Positions 12,962 through 25,854 of a stretch of DNA of 64,000 nt are shown here, in pieces. The DNA is from Paraspadella gotoi (lineage: Eukaryota; Animalia; Chaetognatha): positions 27,015,069 through 27,079,068 of the forward strand of contig CM119266.1 in assembly GCA_051294375.1 (NCBI GenBank). Reading direction: 5' to 3'. The position numbers and the translations under genes are program-made. Every line of letters begins with the position of its first letter. Within the stretch, counting starts at the first letter, position 1. The notes beneath the pieces are model-generated. The model searched no databases. It saw nothing but the letters and a program-made list of their open reading frames with translations, and was not told the origin of the DNA.

Positions 12962-14233
12962 TCAGCAAAGACGAGACAGCTCGTTCCTCAATTCGTACGT
13001 TTTTTTTATTAATAAATAACCTTAGCTCGTAACATCCAGCGGCCTTTGATTTAACCAGACCCTCTCTCATGTTTGCCCACTTCTTTCGCCGCAGTTTCTT
13101 CCCCCATACATCGTTTCTTTTCACATTCTTTTCGCCTTCTTAGTAATAGTATTTGCTCTCTCTTAGCCTTCTTAGCCCGCCCTCTCTTATCGCCTTCTAA
13201 TTTGCCCGCTTCTTTGTCTTCCATCGCGCGAACGACGGCACCTTTTTCTCTTGCGCCTTTCGCTCCCTTTTTTTAGTCTCTGGCGCCGCATTTCCGTTCA
13301 TTAAAACCGAAAATCTCCATAATCCATCCACATCTGCTTCAATGTAATAACTCTCTCTCTCTCTCTCTCTCTCACACCTTTGGCGTCCCCAACGGATTTG
13401 AAATGGTCGTTTTAAGAGATAAAAATATTCGTCAAGATCCTTTCATTCAATTTTATTGTCACTTGATTCGATCGTAAAAAAAGTTTGGATTTATGGCTAT
13501 TATGTTACTAAAAATAAAAAGAACAATTCACTTCAAATGTCTCACAAACTTTGAAATTAGTCCCAAGACTCAATTTTGATCACTTTTAACCTTTATAGAT
13601 CTTAATGATAAATTTAAAGCGAATATTTTTGACGACAGTTACCTATTTTTTGTATTATATAAAATAGTTTAAACCAATATTGAAATCAACCTTTTATTCA
13701 ATTAATAAATTATTGTGCCGGTGACTTGGGACAGGCAAGACCTGCATCAATCTAACAGGATATTTACCGAGCAAGCTTCTACTAGAAGTTCTAGTGTTCC
13801 CGACTTCTCTATTCAGTTCAACTACCAACTGGAAATTATAGAGCGAACTTCTATTGAAAAGCAATTCTTTCCGCCGCCCACATTTCCTTCTCAATCTGCC
13901 CTAACCTTCTTTCCTCAACCCCTTCCCGCTCTCAACCCCCTTTAACACCCTAACCCCTTCTCCCCCCCCCGTCTTCCTTTCCACACCCCAAGCCAACGAG
14001 AAAATCGGAGCTGATAAGCCGTCGTCTGTTCTGTTGTATTTCACGAGAAAAAAGGGAAAAAAATCGGGGGCGGGGAAAAGTTGTAGGTACGAAGAATGAT
14101 GGAGTGGGCAGAAGGGTGATGTTGTTGGGAAAGTTTAATTATTTTGTGGATTGGAACGAGAAAAGTTTAGGAATATGGATACTATCCATTGGATAGGGTA
14201 GGAATGTTGTCCGTACGGAAAAGAATTTGATGG

Positions 14234-15092
14234 GTAGGAAAAGGATAAGGCTCTCATTGGTTAAGAGAGAGTNNNNNNNNNNNNNNNNNNNNNNNNNNNN
14301 NNNNNNNNNNNNNNNNNNNNNNNNNNNNNNNNNNNNNNNNNNNNNNNNNNNNNNNNNNNNNNNNNNNNNNNNNNNNNNNNNNNNNNNNNNNNNNNNNNNN
14401 NNNNNNNNNNNNNNNNNNNNNNNNNNNNNNNNNNNNNNNNNNNNNNNNNNNNNNNNNNNNNNNNNNNNNNNNNNNNNNNNNNNNNNNNNNNNNNNNNNNN
14501 NNNNNNNNNNNNNNNNNNNNNNNNNNNNNNNNNNNNNNNNNNNNNNNNNNNNNNNNNNNNNNNNNNNNNNNNNNNNNNNNNNNNNNNNNNNNNNNNNNNN
14601 NNNNNNNNNNNNNNNNNNNNNNNNNNNNNNNNNNNNNNNNNNNNNNNNNNNNNNNNNNNNNNNNNNNNNNNNNNNNNNNNNNNNNNNNNNNNNNNNNNNN
14701 NNNNNNNNNNNNNNNNNNNNNNNNNNNNNNNNNNNNNNNNNNNNNNNNNNNNNNNNNNNNNNNNNNNNNNNNNNNNNNNNNNNNNNNNNNNNNNNNNNNN
14801 NNNNNNNNNNNNNNNNNNNNNNNNNNNNNNNNNNNNNNCTGTTCAGGGAAAGATAACAGTTCGAACCGGAAAAAAAATAGTTTTGAAAATGAAGAAGAGA
14901 ACCTACGTAGAAAAAATGGATTTCTCTCCAATTTTACGGTCGTAAATGTAGGAAAAGGATAAGGCTCTCATTGGTTAAGAGAGAGTCTGTTCAGGGAAAG
15001 ATAAAGTTCGAACCGGAAAAAAATAGTTTTGAAAATGAAGAAAGGAACCTACGTAGAAAAATGGATTTTCTCTCCAAAATATTTACGGTCGT
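14234..15092. repeat. ~140-bp tandem duplication whose first copy is split by a 566-N gap
   Basis: GTAGGAAAAGGATAAGGCTCTCATTGGTTAAGAGAGAGT [N] CTGTTCAGGGAAAG... is repeated without interruption from ~14948 to 15092. Confidence 0.85.
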
Positions 15093-16573
15093 AATATATT
15101 GATAAAATTACATTTCCGAACTGAAAATCGGACGTTAAACTCTCGGCGTCGTGAAATTTCGAAAAGAAAAATTCCATTTTCGGAAAATCTGAATCGCTAA
15201 ATCCGAAATTTCGCAAAAACAGAAAATAAGAATCGAATTTAAAAAAAAAAACGGAGCAAAACTCGAGATTTTTTTAAATATATTTTTTTAGATTTCCATT
15301 CGGATTCCATCAGATTCCATTCGAAGATAAAAAAAACCACAGACATACTAAAGACTCACTTGAACAGTTATGAAGTAACTGAATTCTCTGTGATGAAATC
15401 CATATTTGTACTGAATTCGAAATTCGTTGAGATGTTGGGCGTTGACTTTGAATTCAGTTCCTTTGGAAATTCCCTGAAAAAAAAAAGAAATAAAGAAAGA
15501 CTTTTATTTTATCTTTCTTTAAAGAATTATTTGAATTCTTTTTTTCTCCTAATTTCATCAAATACTCAATTTTCTCACTCGTGACTTTCCGTCGATTCAA
15601 CCAATCAAATTCGATTAAATTTTATTTCTTTTTATTTCGTTTATTTTATTTATTGACTTTTTTTATGTTCTCAAACACGAGTTTTGATTGGAGCCGACAA
15701 GAAATTATGTCTTTTTTTTTTCTGCTAACGCTGATTAAACCTTAAGTAAGTTAAATTTGATTTTTGGTTTTTCGGTTCGGGTTAACAACCACGCTTGCAC
15801 TCAATACGTGGTTTTTAAAACTCGGTTGATATTCGTTCCTTAAATTTTCATTATTCAATATGGCGAAAGAATTGGATGAAGAGTTCATAAATATCTGAAC
15901 GGTGTTGTACCCTAATTCGCTACGAAACGATTTATCTACTCTCGTCGCGTTTTCCTCATGAAAGCCGAAAAAATTTGAACCTTGTACCAATTGCACCATA
16001 GTTTCGCACCATGGGTTTCGCACCCTCGTCATGGGTTCACAATTTTTGCAGCAATTTCGACGACGACGACGACGACGACGACGAGAGACATAAATCGCGG
16101 AACAACTGAGGACGAGCTGCCAAGATCTACTCAACGAGTAATATTTACGTCCTAGCGCCGAACTGAGGCCTCGTTTATAACGAGCATCTGCTTTGCGTGA
16201 GTGTTAATCATGTAAGACCGAATGAATATATGAAATGAGTGGGTGGAAACGATAGAATATTTAACTACGTGTAAGTAATGAATTGATGCCGTTCACTATT
16301 CCTCTCCAACTTATGCATTTTAGATTTTTATATCTTTTTTAAATCTCTTCGTCAGAGTGATTGCAGAGTGATAATTACGAAAACTTCGAACGTATTATAA
16401 AGTAACACTAAATAAAGAAAAATAATTATTCACCGCGCGTACGGTTACCTGTATTTATTATTATTATTTTAAACATATGTACATATAACTTATCTTAATA
16501 AACTAGCTAACACTTTCGTAGCCAACAAACAAACGGAGAGAGAGAATGAAAATAAAAGGCTAACGGTTATTAC

Positions 16574-16652
16574 CTTGTGCGCGAGTCTAAACAGCGGGGT
16601 CCCAGACTTCGCGAAGAGACGGCGGGAACTTCGCTGTTGTACGGACCCAGAC
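16574..16652 (-). other. Second copy of plexin exon 4, 79 nt with a 1-nt homopolymer difference; probably a redundant assembly copy
   Basis: Same as 17396-17475 with the same splice sites, except GGGGTCCC versus GGGGTCCCC on the + strand, which shifts the frame after SSRSLG. It lies inside a ~0.8 kb duplication that flanks a 25-N gap. Confidence 0.75.
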
Positions 16653-16959
16653 CTAAATTTACAAAAAGGGGGGGGGGGGAGAAAAATAAATCAATTTACG
16701 TCCTAATAATTCGTACGACCGACGTGCGATCAAAAAGCAATAAAAATATAATACGATCGAGTCACGGACCGGCTTTGAATTTATGCGATCAGCGCCCAAT
16801 AAATTATGCGATCGAATGTTGTTAGAAAATATATGCGATCAACGTCCGAATGAAATATGCGATCGAGTCTTGTCGACAACCTTTCCGCCATCAATTTTCA
16901 TAGTATTATTAATATAAATCTCAGAGTTGAAATTGAATAAAACAAATCGATTTAATTAT

Positions 16960-17245
16960 TTAAATAGAACTCTGGGATTGAATAAACGAGACTTAACTTA
17001 ACTTAACTTAACTTAACTGTGAGAGAGTCTTGATTGAAAACTTGCAGGACCTGCTATGTCATTATCTTTTAAGAGCGATGGAGGGCTTAAACCACCAAAG
17101 CCTGTCCAAAGTCAGGGCAAAGATAGCTTATTTATTAAATAATGGATAATTTTTATATTGGTAGTACCAATTTTATAATATAAAAAAGTATGTTTATATG
17201 CCAGCTAATCCCAATCTAGAGATTAAGATATTATGCTTTTTATGG
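16960..17245 (+). repeat. Dispersed repeat, homologous to 24480-24900 (also repeated at ~17790-18065 by the duplication)
   Basis: Shared blocks in the same order: AGAGTCTTGATTGAA, AAGAG..ATG.AGG.CTTAAACC, CCTGTCCAAAGTCA and TTTATATTG. Contains (CTTAA)n at ~16991-17017. Confidence 0.6.
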
Positions 17246-17395
17246 NNNNNNNNNNNNNNNNNNNNNNNNNTATTTATTATTATTTATTTTAAACATATGT
17301 ACATATAACTTATCTTAATAAACTAAGCTAACACTTTCGTAGCCAACAAACAAACGGAGAAGAGAGAATGAAAATAAAAGGCTAACGGTTATTAC

Positions 17396-17475
17396 CTTGT
17401 GCGCGAGTCTAAACAGCGGGGTCCCCAGACTTCGCGAAGAGACGGCGGGAACTTCGCTGTTGTACGGACCCAGAC
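17396..17475 (-). CDS. PlexA: Plexin coding exon 4 (in-frame copy)
   Basis: Acceptor TTTAG| at 17476 (phase 1, agrees with exon 3) and donor AAG|GTAATA at 17395. It translates (G)LGPYNSEVPAVSSRSLGTPLFRLAHK, resembling the invertebrate Plexin-A motif PY-SE(V/I)PAV-SRSL. Confidence 0.88.
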
Positions 17476-20400
17476 CTAAATTTAACAAAAATGGGGGGGG
17501 GGAGAAAAAATAAATCAATTTACGTCCTAATAATTCGTACGACCGACGTGCGATCAAAAAGCAATAAAAATATAATACGATCGAGTCACGGACCGGCTTT
17601 TGAATTTATGCGATCAGCGCCCAATAAATTATGCGATCGAATGTTGTTAGAAAATATATGCGATCAACGTCCGAATGAAATATGCGATCGAGTCTTGTCG
17701 ACAACTTTCCGCCATCAATTTTCAATAGTATTATTAATATAAATCCAGAGTTGAAATTGAATAAAACAAATCGATTTAATTATTTAAATAGAACTCTGGG
17801 ATTGAATAAACGAGACTTAACTTAACTTAACTTAACTGTGAGAGAGTCTTGATTGAAAACTTGCAGAGACCTGCTATGTCATTATCTTTTAAGAGCGATG
17901 GAGGGCTTAAACCACCAAAGCCTGTCCAAAGTCAGGGGCAAGATAGCTTATTTATTAAATAAATGGATAATTTTTATATTGGTAGTACCAATTTTATAAT
18001 ATAAAAAGTATGTTTATATGCCAGCTAATCCCAATCTAGAGATTAAGATATTATGCTTTTATTGGTAAGGTAAAACGCAAAAGGAAGGAAGACCTACAAG
18101 GTCGAAAACTTTATGGGGACGAATATTAGAAAACATTTATTTATTATCGGAAACCTTGTGAAGTAAGCAACAGCGTTTTATACGGCTTCTTTTGGCTCGC
18201 GACCTGTGCCGCTCCCAAACGGCGAAAAGAAGAAGCAGAATCTCGCTTCGAGCCCAAATAACAACATCAACAAAAAGGCAACCTTTACTCTGGATCTCTT
18301 CGGTTTCACCTTCAACCGACGGAAGATATTTCATCTCGCGATGAGGGATAGAGGTGGGAGGGAGAGAGAGAGGGAGAGAGAGAGAGAGGATCAAAAGATT
18401 AAAGAGTCAAACTAAGAGGGAGAGAAGGAAAAGGGAGTGAGAAAGAGACGGGCTAGGATACGAAAGAAGATAGAGTGAGAGCGAGATTGAGTTAAAGGGA
18501 GAGCGAGACGAAATTTTTTTTCTTGTAAAAAAAAAAGTGTCGATATCAGATCTCACGGCTTATAGGCTGCGGAAGAAACCGCTGCCTTCATTAAGGTTCG
18601 AGCAAAAGGGGGGCGTGGGGAGGCGGAAACTCGAGGGTAGCATTTAGAAGAGGTTGGCGGGGGTTGGGATATATTCATGGGGGGAGATGGAAAATGCGGG
18701 CGCTCGCTCGACATTGAAAGAAAAGGTTGAGATTGGGGGGGGGGGGAATTCTGATTTGAAAGGCGTGCGAAGGGGGGGCGGCAGGATTAAGTAGAAATAG
18801 ATTAGGGGGAAAAAATCCAGAGAAAAGGGATAAAATAGAAACGAGAAAGACGAGAGAGAGCGAACAGCGAGAGCGAATGCGGGTAAACCAAACCGAGAAA
18901 ATAATATTAAATCAAATTCGTAGTAAACTCCGAGAAATATAAACAAACTGATCGAGGGAGAATCGAAAACGCATAATCGGCAGAAATGGGCGCGGAGTCT
19001 CCATTCGAGAGAGATAAAGTTGCGCTGTCAAAGTTGTGGTCAGAAATACGAAATACAAATTTTTTTTTTCTCTTCTCTTGAGCGTTTAAAAAAAAACGAC
19101 GGGTCAAGTAAATATTTCCTAAAGGGGGGAGATTGTGTAAACAGAGAGAGAGAGAAAAAGAAAAAGAAAACCAAGATAGGTCAGCGGTAAAAATCAATGC
19201 GAAATTCAAAATGTACTTCAGTGTAAACTGTAAGGACAGAGTTACGGTAAACAGTTAAGGCTCGACAGTCAACAACTTGAAGGTGAGCATATGAAATCCG
19301 AGTACCTAAGAGAGAGAGCGAGGCGTGGCTCTCGACAAAAAGAAGGGGAGCCGGAGAAAGGATTAAGAAATGCCCGGATGTTATAAAGGAAAAAGGGAGA
19401 GGCCGACGTTATAAAGGGGGGAAAGGCTGCCTCGGCTAACGTCAAGGGGCAACGGGCACTAAAATCTTTTAACGAGGCGGAGAATGGTCGTAATGGGAAG
19501 CAATGAGGGGTGGCCCGACTTTGCCCGTTCATCGGTTCCTTCGTGAAAACGGTTATCGGGTTTAAGGAGCAAAGTCGTTGACCGCGAGTCGGGTTGGAGG
19601 AGCAAAGTCACTGTTTGTTAGATTTCAGGAGTAGAGACAATTCTGCAATCCAATGAACCGCCACAGTCATTGGCAGTTCAGTTTTATCCACATTTTCTTA
19701 ATTTTAAGAAGGATTCTCCAATCCAACGGTCACGATCGGCTTGAGCGTGAGAAGAGAGAGAAAGAAGAGAGAGCATCGAAGGGTTTAAAGAAGCCAAGCC
19801 ACTGACCGGGCAATCCATCCATCCATCCGTCCATCAACCCAACCATAACCAAACTCATTTTCCGGACAAAGGGAAAACGCCTCAGTTCTGCGTCATCGAT
19901 AGACGTGAAACGGAGGGAAAAAATCCCCCAACGACCGTCGGACGCGTCCGCGCTGACAGACCGACTGACTCCGACCGGAAGCGTTGGCGCACCACTTTTT
20001 TTCGCGTTACGATCACCCCCCTCCCACACATCTTTCCACCCCCTACCGACCCTTAACTCGGCACCCTCCCTGATTCTCAGATCGTGACGAAACCAATTTA
20101 CATATTCAATCAAACCCGCAAAGAATCGTTAACTGTTTACCCAACACTTTTTTTTTCGCTCCTACTTGTTTCGCGCAATAATTCCCTCTTTTTTTTTTCG
20201 TCCAGGGATCAGGTTTTTTTTTTTCTCGCTCTCGATTTTTTTTCCCTGCACCAATTAATTTTTATCACATTTCCTATTAGGCTCGCCGACAATTTTTTTT
20301 TCTCCGACCTTCTGGCCTTAGGAGAAAAAAAAAGCAGCAATCCTTCATCCACTTCTGCAAAATTATTCTGACCACTGAGGCGAAACCATCGACCAGACAC

Positions 20401-23225
20401 GAAATAAAAAACACAATCAGTAAATCATTGTCTCAAAATAACCAACGATTTTGGCGTAAAAAAACCTGACGACGTTTGCAGAAAATAACGACCTTCGCAA
20501 CCACATATGAACCCGGATCGGCGACACTAAACTAATAAAGATTAACAAATTACCGTTACAATCGGCAAAGCTATAGACGACGACATTAACGACAATAACG
20601 ACGCAACGACGACGTCAAAGCATTCGATGACGCAAGGGCGACGACGACGACGGGCGAAAATCTCGTTGGCAAACGCAGACAAATGAACGTCGTTTTGACG
20701 AAACTTTAGACAATTAAAATTTTTGCGTGGGTGACGATTTCTTAACAATTGACGACGACGATGACGACGACGACAGACGTCGTTTATTGCGACGACGACG
20801 AAGATCTGACGAAGACGGCGGGAATTCTTTACGACTCCAAAGGTTGTCGCCCAAAAGAAAAAAAAATGAGAGGAATGCTTAACGAGCGATCGAAAACAAT
20901 CGAGCGTTGATAACTATTTTTGTAGGGTCTCTGCATGACAACGACGATGACAACGACGATGACAAGGGCGATGACAAGAATCACTGCGAGGAGAGAAACA
21001 ATGACGATGACGACAGTGATAGCGATAAGACAGCAACGAATAAAACGAGGTCAAATTGTAATATGAGAAATGAAGCGATGTTGAAATAAAAAATATTAAA
21101 AAGACGACGACGACGACGACGACGTAACCGAGACCGGATGTGATTTGAAGAAATTTTTAAAGAATAACTTGAATTTCCTCACGTCTTTCGGAAAACTAAT
21201 ACTCGGGAGAAATTAGAGGGGGGGGGCGGAGGGAAAGAACGTCTGGGTGGCAAGATGGAGCTTTGAATGAAAAGTGAAGAGGGGTCGGGGCAGGAAGTCG
21301 AAGATGGGGCTTGGATTGAAGGTGGGTGATATTTAATACACGTACATATATTTGATGTTCCTTGTTTAGGAAATAGAGTAAATTATGACCCAATTGAAAA
21401 TGGGCTCAACATATCGATTTACTGTTGGATTGAATCACAGCTGACATCAAGAAATTTGAAGGAAAACAAAATTGAAATGAAAAAAAAGGAAGGAAGTGAA
21501 AGCGGAAATCTGGATGAGATGAAATTGAAGCGAGGGGGAGGAGGAAGAGGAAGTTGAGGAATGGGAGGAGGAGGAGAGAAGAGGAAAAGAGGAGAAGAAG
21601 GGGAGAGAGGAAAAATTAAATGGGGAGAGATGACTTAAAGCTAAAGGGGATGATACTAGTCGATGCTGAAAATGAGCCACCGTGAGATACGATATGCCCC
21701 AAAGGGGGATAAGAGGTACTCCGAACCGTCCCAACTCCGCCAACGAGCGCTTCGACCCGATCCATGTAAGCAGTCGGCGTTTCATCGGTCGATGAACAGA
21801 GTTTGATGGATTTGGGGTTGAGGGGACGGACGGATGGGCGAAGGGTTAGGGATTCGACGGCTGATTGGTCGATTCCTCTTTCATGAACCCCGTTTGTGAT
21901 CGTCGTCGTTGTTATGATCTTTGAGAGATCGCGGGGATTTTTCGCAATATGGTGTGGTTTGAAGGATCGGGAAGCGAAGGAGGGAGAGGAGGGAGAGGAG
22001 GGGGTGGAGGGGGTTTAGAGAAAGTCCCGAGAGGATTAGATGTACATCAAAGGGAAGGAAAGAGAAAAGGGGGGCGGGGTAGGCGGGTTAAGGACGATGA
22101 GAGAAGGGAAAGGAAAATAGGGAGGGGTTTAAGGGCAAGAAGGGAAGAGAAAAGACCGTACGAGAGAGAAGGGAATAGAAAAGAGAAGGGCGTACTAGAG
22201 AGGAGAAGAAAATGAGGAAGGAAAATAAAACAAGAAAGAAACAAAAAAAGCAGACAGCTATAAAAATGAAACGGGGGGGGGAAGGAAACATGGAAAAGGA
22301 AAAAGGCAAAAGGAAGTAAAACAAGGGGAAAAAAGGTAACGGGGTGAAAAGGGGAGAGCGAGAGGCAGAACAACTGAAGGGAACGGCTCAACTTCAAAGG
22401 AGAAAGAGATTCTTATAACAAATAAAATTTCTTCGTCAAAATCGTAAAAATCCACGCGAAAAAGGGAGGAGGAAGAGGAAGAAGAGTACAACAACAACGC
22501 AAACTTGAAAGCAAGGACACCGACAAAGATGACGAATTTGACAAAGAACATGACAAAAACAAATGAACATTTAGGATAATTAAACTTAGATGGTCACATC
22601 AAATTTAATATCTCTCTCATTATCTCTCTCTCTCTCTCTCTCTCTCTCATTCTCTCTCCTCTAACCGGAAAGAATATTTCGAAAACTCTCTTTAATTTTG
22701 CTTTATAGCTGATTTATAGCTACTTTGCCGCTGCTTTATTTCTTCCCTGGGAGGAAGTTTTGGCTAAAAGTAGCAAATTGCGTGGGATGGAAGGTAGAGG
22801 TTGCCCGATTGCCGCGCGAGGGCGGGAAACGGGCAGAGGTAGAGAGAGGTTGAGTGAGGAAGAGAGGAGGCGGGTTGCAGAGAAGTTACCCGAGCTATGG
22901 AGAGAGGTTGCCAGAACGTATATAAGTCGCCAGAGTGGAGACGTAGGCCTCGGAGAAAAGTTGCCCGAGCAGAGGTTTTCGTCGATCCAAGATCAAAAGA
23001 TCGTTAAATTGTTAAATAAATTTTGTTTTCGTCGCAACGAAAACATTAATCGAATAAAGAAACAATTAATACAATTTATTTCTGTCGCTTGACGAATTCC
23101 CCTTTTCATCGCCGCCATTTTCCGAAAGACTTTTTTTCTTGCATAACAAGAGCCGAGGGGCCGTAAAAAAAGGCCGTCTTGAGATCCGCTAATGTCGCTC
23201 AAACACGCCCTACCCAGACCCTTAA

Positions 23226-23275
<50 letters not shown>

Positions 23276-24197
23276 ACCCCAACCCTCCCGATCTTTACGC
23301 TTGTCCAAAAGGACGACCTTTGCCCTTCACGATGTCCTTTCCCAACTCGGCGTTTGCCCTTTCCAATCATCGCCATTTTCACTATCTTTTCACTATCTTT
23401 CACTATTTTTTCACTATATTTCACTTTTTGGCACTTTCACTTGCTTTTATTTACTTTTGCCTGATTACACTTGCTTTCACTCGCTTTTATTTTCTTTAAT
23501 TTAAAATTTTTTCAGTGTTTTCAATTATATTTTATCACATACATTTTAGAGATCGCCAATTCATTAGTTATTCCATCTACTTTCTCATAGACCAAATTCA
23601 TCTCGTTTTTCAACTAACTCCCTTTAAAAAAAAGCAAAACAGTAAATTACGCCTTTCCATCTCTGATGCCAGAAAAGCGGACAAATATGATTTGTCGTCT
23701 CTTAAACCAAAACCGATTTCCCTCTTGCGCCACTTCTCGTCTAGCCCCGCCCCACCCGCCGAATTTTTTCCCCGCCTCCCGCCGTTCCGCCAGATGCCCG
23801 CATATTCTGAGCTACTGACCCCCTCCGAGACCTTTCCACTTCTGTGGCGAAATCTAGCGACGAAAACCGAGGATGACATCGACGGCGAAAAAGAGTAAGG
23901 ATGACATGGACAAACTAGGAAAATCGACTGAGAAGAAAAATACGACGAAGACGAAGGCGATTCGGACAATGATTACTGATCGCATGTGTCAAATTATCAA
24001 AGGATATTTAAACATTTCAGCGAGTTTTGAAGTCCTCTATACAGGATTAAGTTTGGAGTCTTTGAACTTATAATAAATATTGCAACCATTTAAAAATTCA
24101 ATAGAAATGACTGGATTACCTTATGAAGATGGCGAGTCTGTAAGCCAGTAAACTTGACAAACTCGCGCCATGCCCCTCACGAAATCACAAATCTCAC

Positions 24198-24357
24198 CGG
24201 TGTAAGTGACTCCGACCATGAGGACCCGCTGCCCGTTGGGTCCCGGCGAAACGAAAGCGAAGGTGGAAGAAGTTTCGTCGTTGCCGACGAGCGTCTCGTT
24301 GCGAACAATGAGGATGCGATCGCTGATGTTGGAGAGACGTCGTAGTTCGCACAATCC
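24198..24357 (-). CDS. PlexA: Plexin coding exon 3 (Sema domain)
   Basis: Acceptor CCGCAG| at 24358 (phase 0, agrees with exon 2) and donor G|GTGAGA at 24197 (phase 1). It translates GLCELRRLSNISDRILIVRNETLVGNDETSSTFAFVSPGPNGQRVLMVGVTYT, matching plexin GxC--R-L-NIS and STxAFxxPGP----L-VGVTYT. Confidence 0.93.
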
Positions 24358-24479
24358 CTGCGGATGGAAAAGGGGAGATGCGATCAATGAAGTGGCGTTT
24401 GTTGTTTGCAAATTCGGGAGGAGTCATTTTATATACAAAGGTAAGTTTATATAGACTTCAGTGATAGGGAAGTCAGGTA

Positions 24480-24900
24480 CAATGGGATCTAATACGTTAA
24501 ATAGACTGACAGAGTCTTGATTGAATGATTTCGGGTTACAGCGATATTATTTATTTATATTTTTTTACAGAATTTATCACTATAGTAAAAATTAGTCCCC
24601 AATATGCTAGTAATTTTTTTCTATCTTTGTTTTTTGAAAAATCGATCAATAAGTGCTTGCAACTCATCAAAATTAAAAAAAAAAAGACTTTTTTTTCATT
24701 AAAAAAGATCGATATCTTATAAAAGATCAGTCAGAATAAAATTTAACCAGCGACAATCTAGTAAGAGGAATGTAGGCCTTAAACCCCCATACCCTGTCCA
24801 AAGTCATGTGCAAGATTGCTTAATACTTATTATTTATATTGATTGGACCGATTTCATAGAACGCGGAAACAATATTGACGTCGCTAAGACTCAACCTTAA
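24480..24900 (+). repeat. Diverged copy of the 16960-17245 dispersed repeat with an extra AT-rich internal segment
   Basis: AGAGTCTTGATTGAA at ~24511 and CCTGTCCAAAGTCA at ~24793 are about 200 bp further apart than in the 17 kb copy. Confidence 0.55.
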
Positions 24901-25179
24901 CATGAAGTAACTACTACATTTTCGGATATAAATCAAAATTCACATTTTCTATCTCAACGTTTTGATGACATGCTAATACTTTCAGTCCCGCTTGGTAAAA
25001 AAAAAATGGCACGCGAAAAACTGTCCTCGTGAAAATGCTTCCTGAACAGTGAACACCGAACAATGCAAAATAACACTGCACACCTGAGCAAAGAGGAAAG
25101 GAAAAAAAGGAAAAAAACAATTCGCTTCTTTGGAGCGAATGGCTGAGTTTCGACAGTGCGAGGTCTTTCCTATTCAGAA

Positions 25180-25210
<31 letters not shown>

Positions 25211-25553
25211 GTTCAATCCGACCCTCTTCCCCCCCACGGGTCTCTTCCGGTTTAGTGCGTACTGCGTACGGACGGCGACGAGCGAATTACGCGCAATGAC
25301 GGCGCAGTAAAAGAGATTCGTCTGCCCCGAGGACGGAAAGGGGGCGTGTCGGATTGGGGACACTGGGGGGATGTGTACGGGGGGTGGAGGGGGAAAACAA
25401 GGTGAAGGAAGGAAAAGAAAGGAAGAAAAAGTAAAGAGAAAGGATGAAGTAAGTTGAAGGGTAAGGACGCTAGACAAGACGAAAAAAATTATGCGCAACG
25501 AAGATGCAGTAAAAATCGGAGAGAACGCCGACGCAAGAAGGAGAAATGGTAAA

Positions 25554-25610
<57 letters not shown>

Positions 25611-25854
25611 GAGAATTTACGGTTTGGCAACGGGAGCAACCGTTCAGAGGAATGGAGAGAGAGAGAGAGACAGAGAGAGAGACGAACTGAAGTACCGGCA
25701 TGGGCGTGGCGTGGGCGGAGAATAGGAAACAGCAGGTGGAAAATGACAAGGGTCTAAATTTAATGTAGCGTCGGGAGAAAAAGAGAAACGTCGGACGATT
25801 TGTTCGGCTGAATTATGAGGAAATGGGGCGAGACCTCAGTCGGCCAAACGGATT

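Larger units (their letters stand above)
16452..18065. repeat. Near-identical ~0.8 kb direct duplication (16452-17245 / 17271-18065) across a 25-N gap
   Basis: The copies differ almost only by single-base indels, mostly in homopolymers. Confidence 0.9.

Noticed and set aside
13694-13894. Minus-strand ORF (…NTRTSSRSLLGKYPVRL…) as plexin exon 5
   Set aside because: It lacks the expected YGF/YF motifs and a convincing donor; the resemblance is superficial.
14227-14931. ORFs spanning N runs (also 46.4k, 47.8-48.7k and 59.2-63.8k)
   Set aside because: They are open only because Ns translate to X.
16780-16870. Repeat-spacer-like TATGCGATC pattern as a CRISPR array
   Set aside because: The 9-nt core and 14-19-nt spacers are far too short, and it lies in an animal intron.
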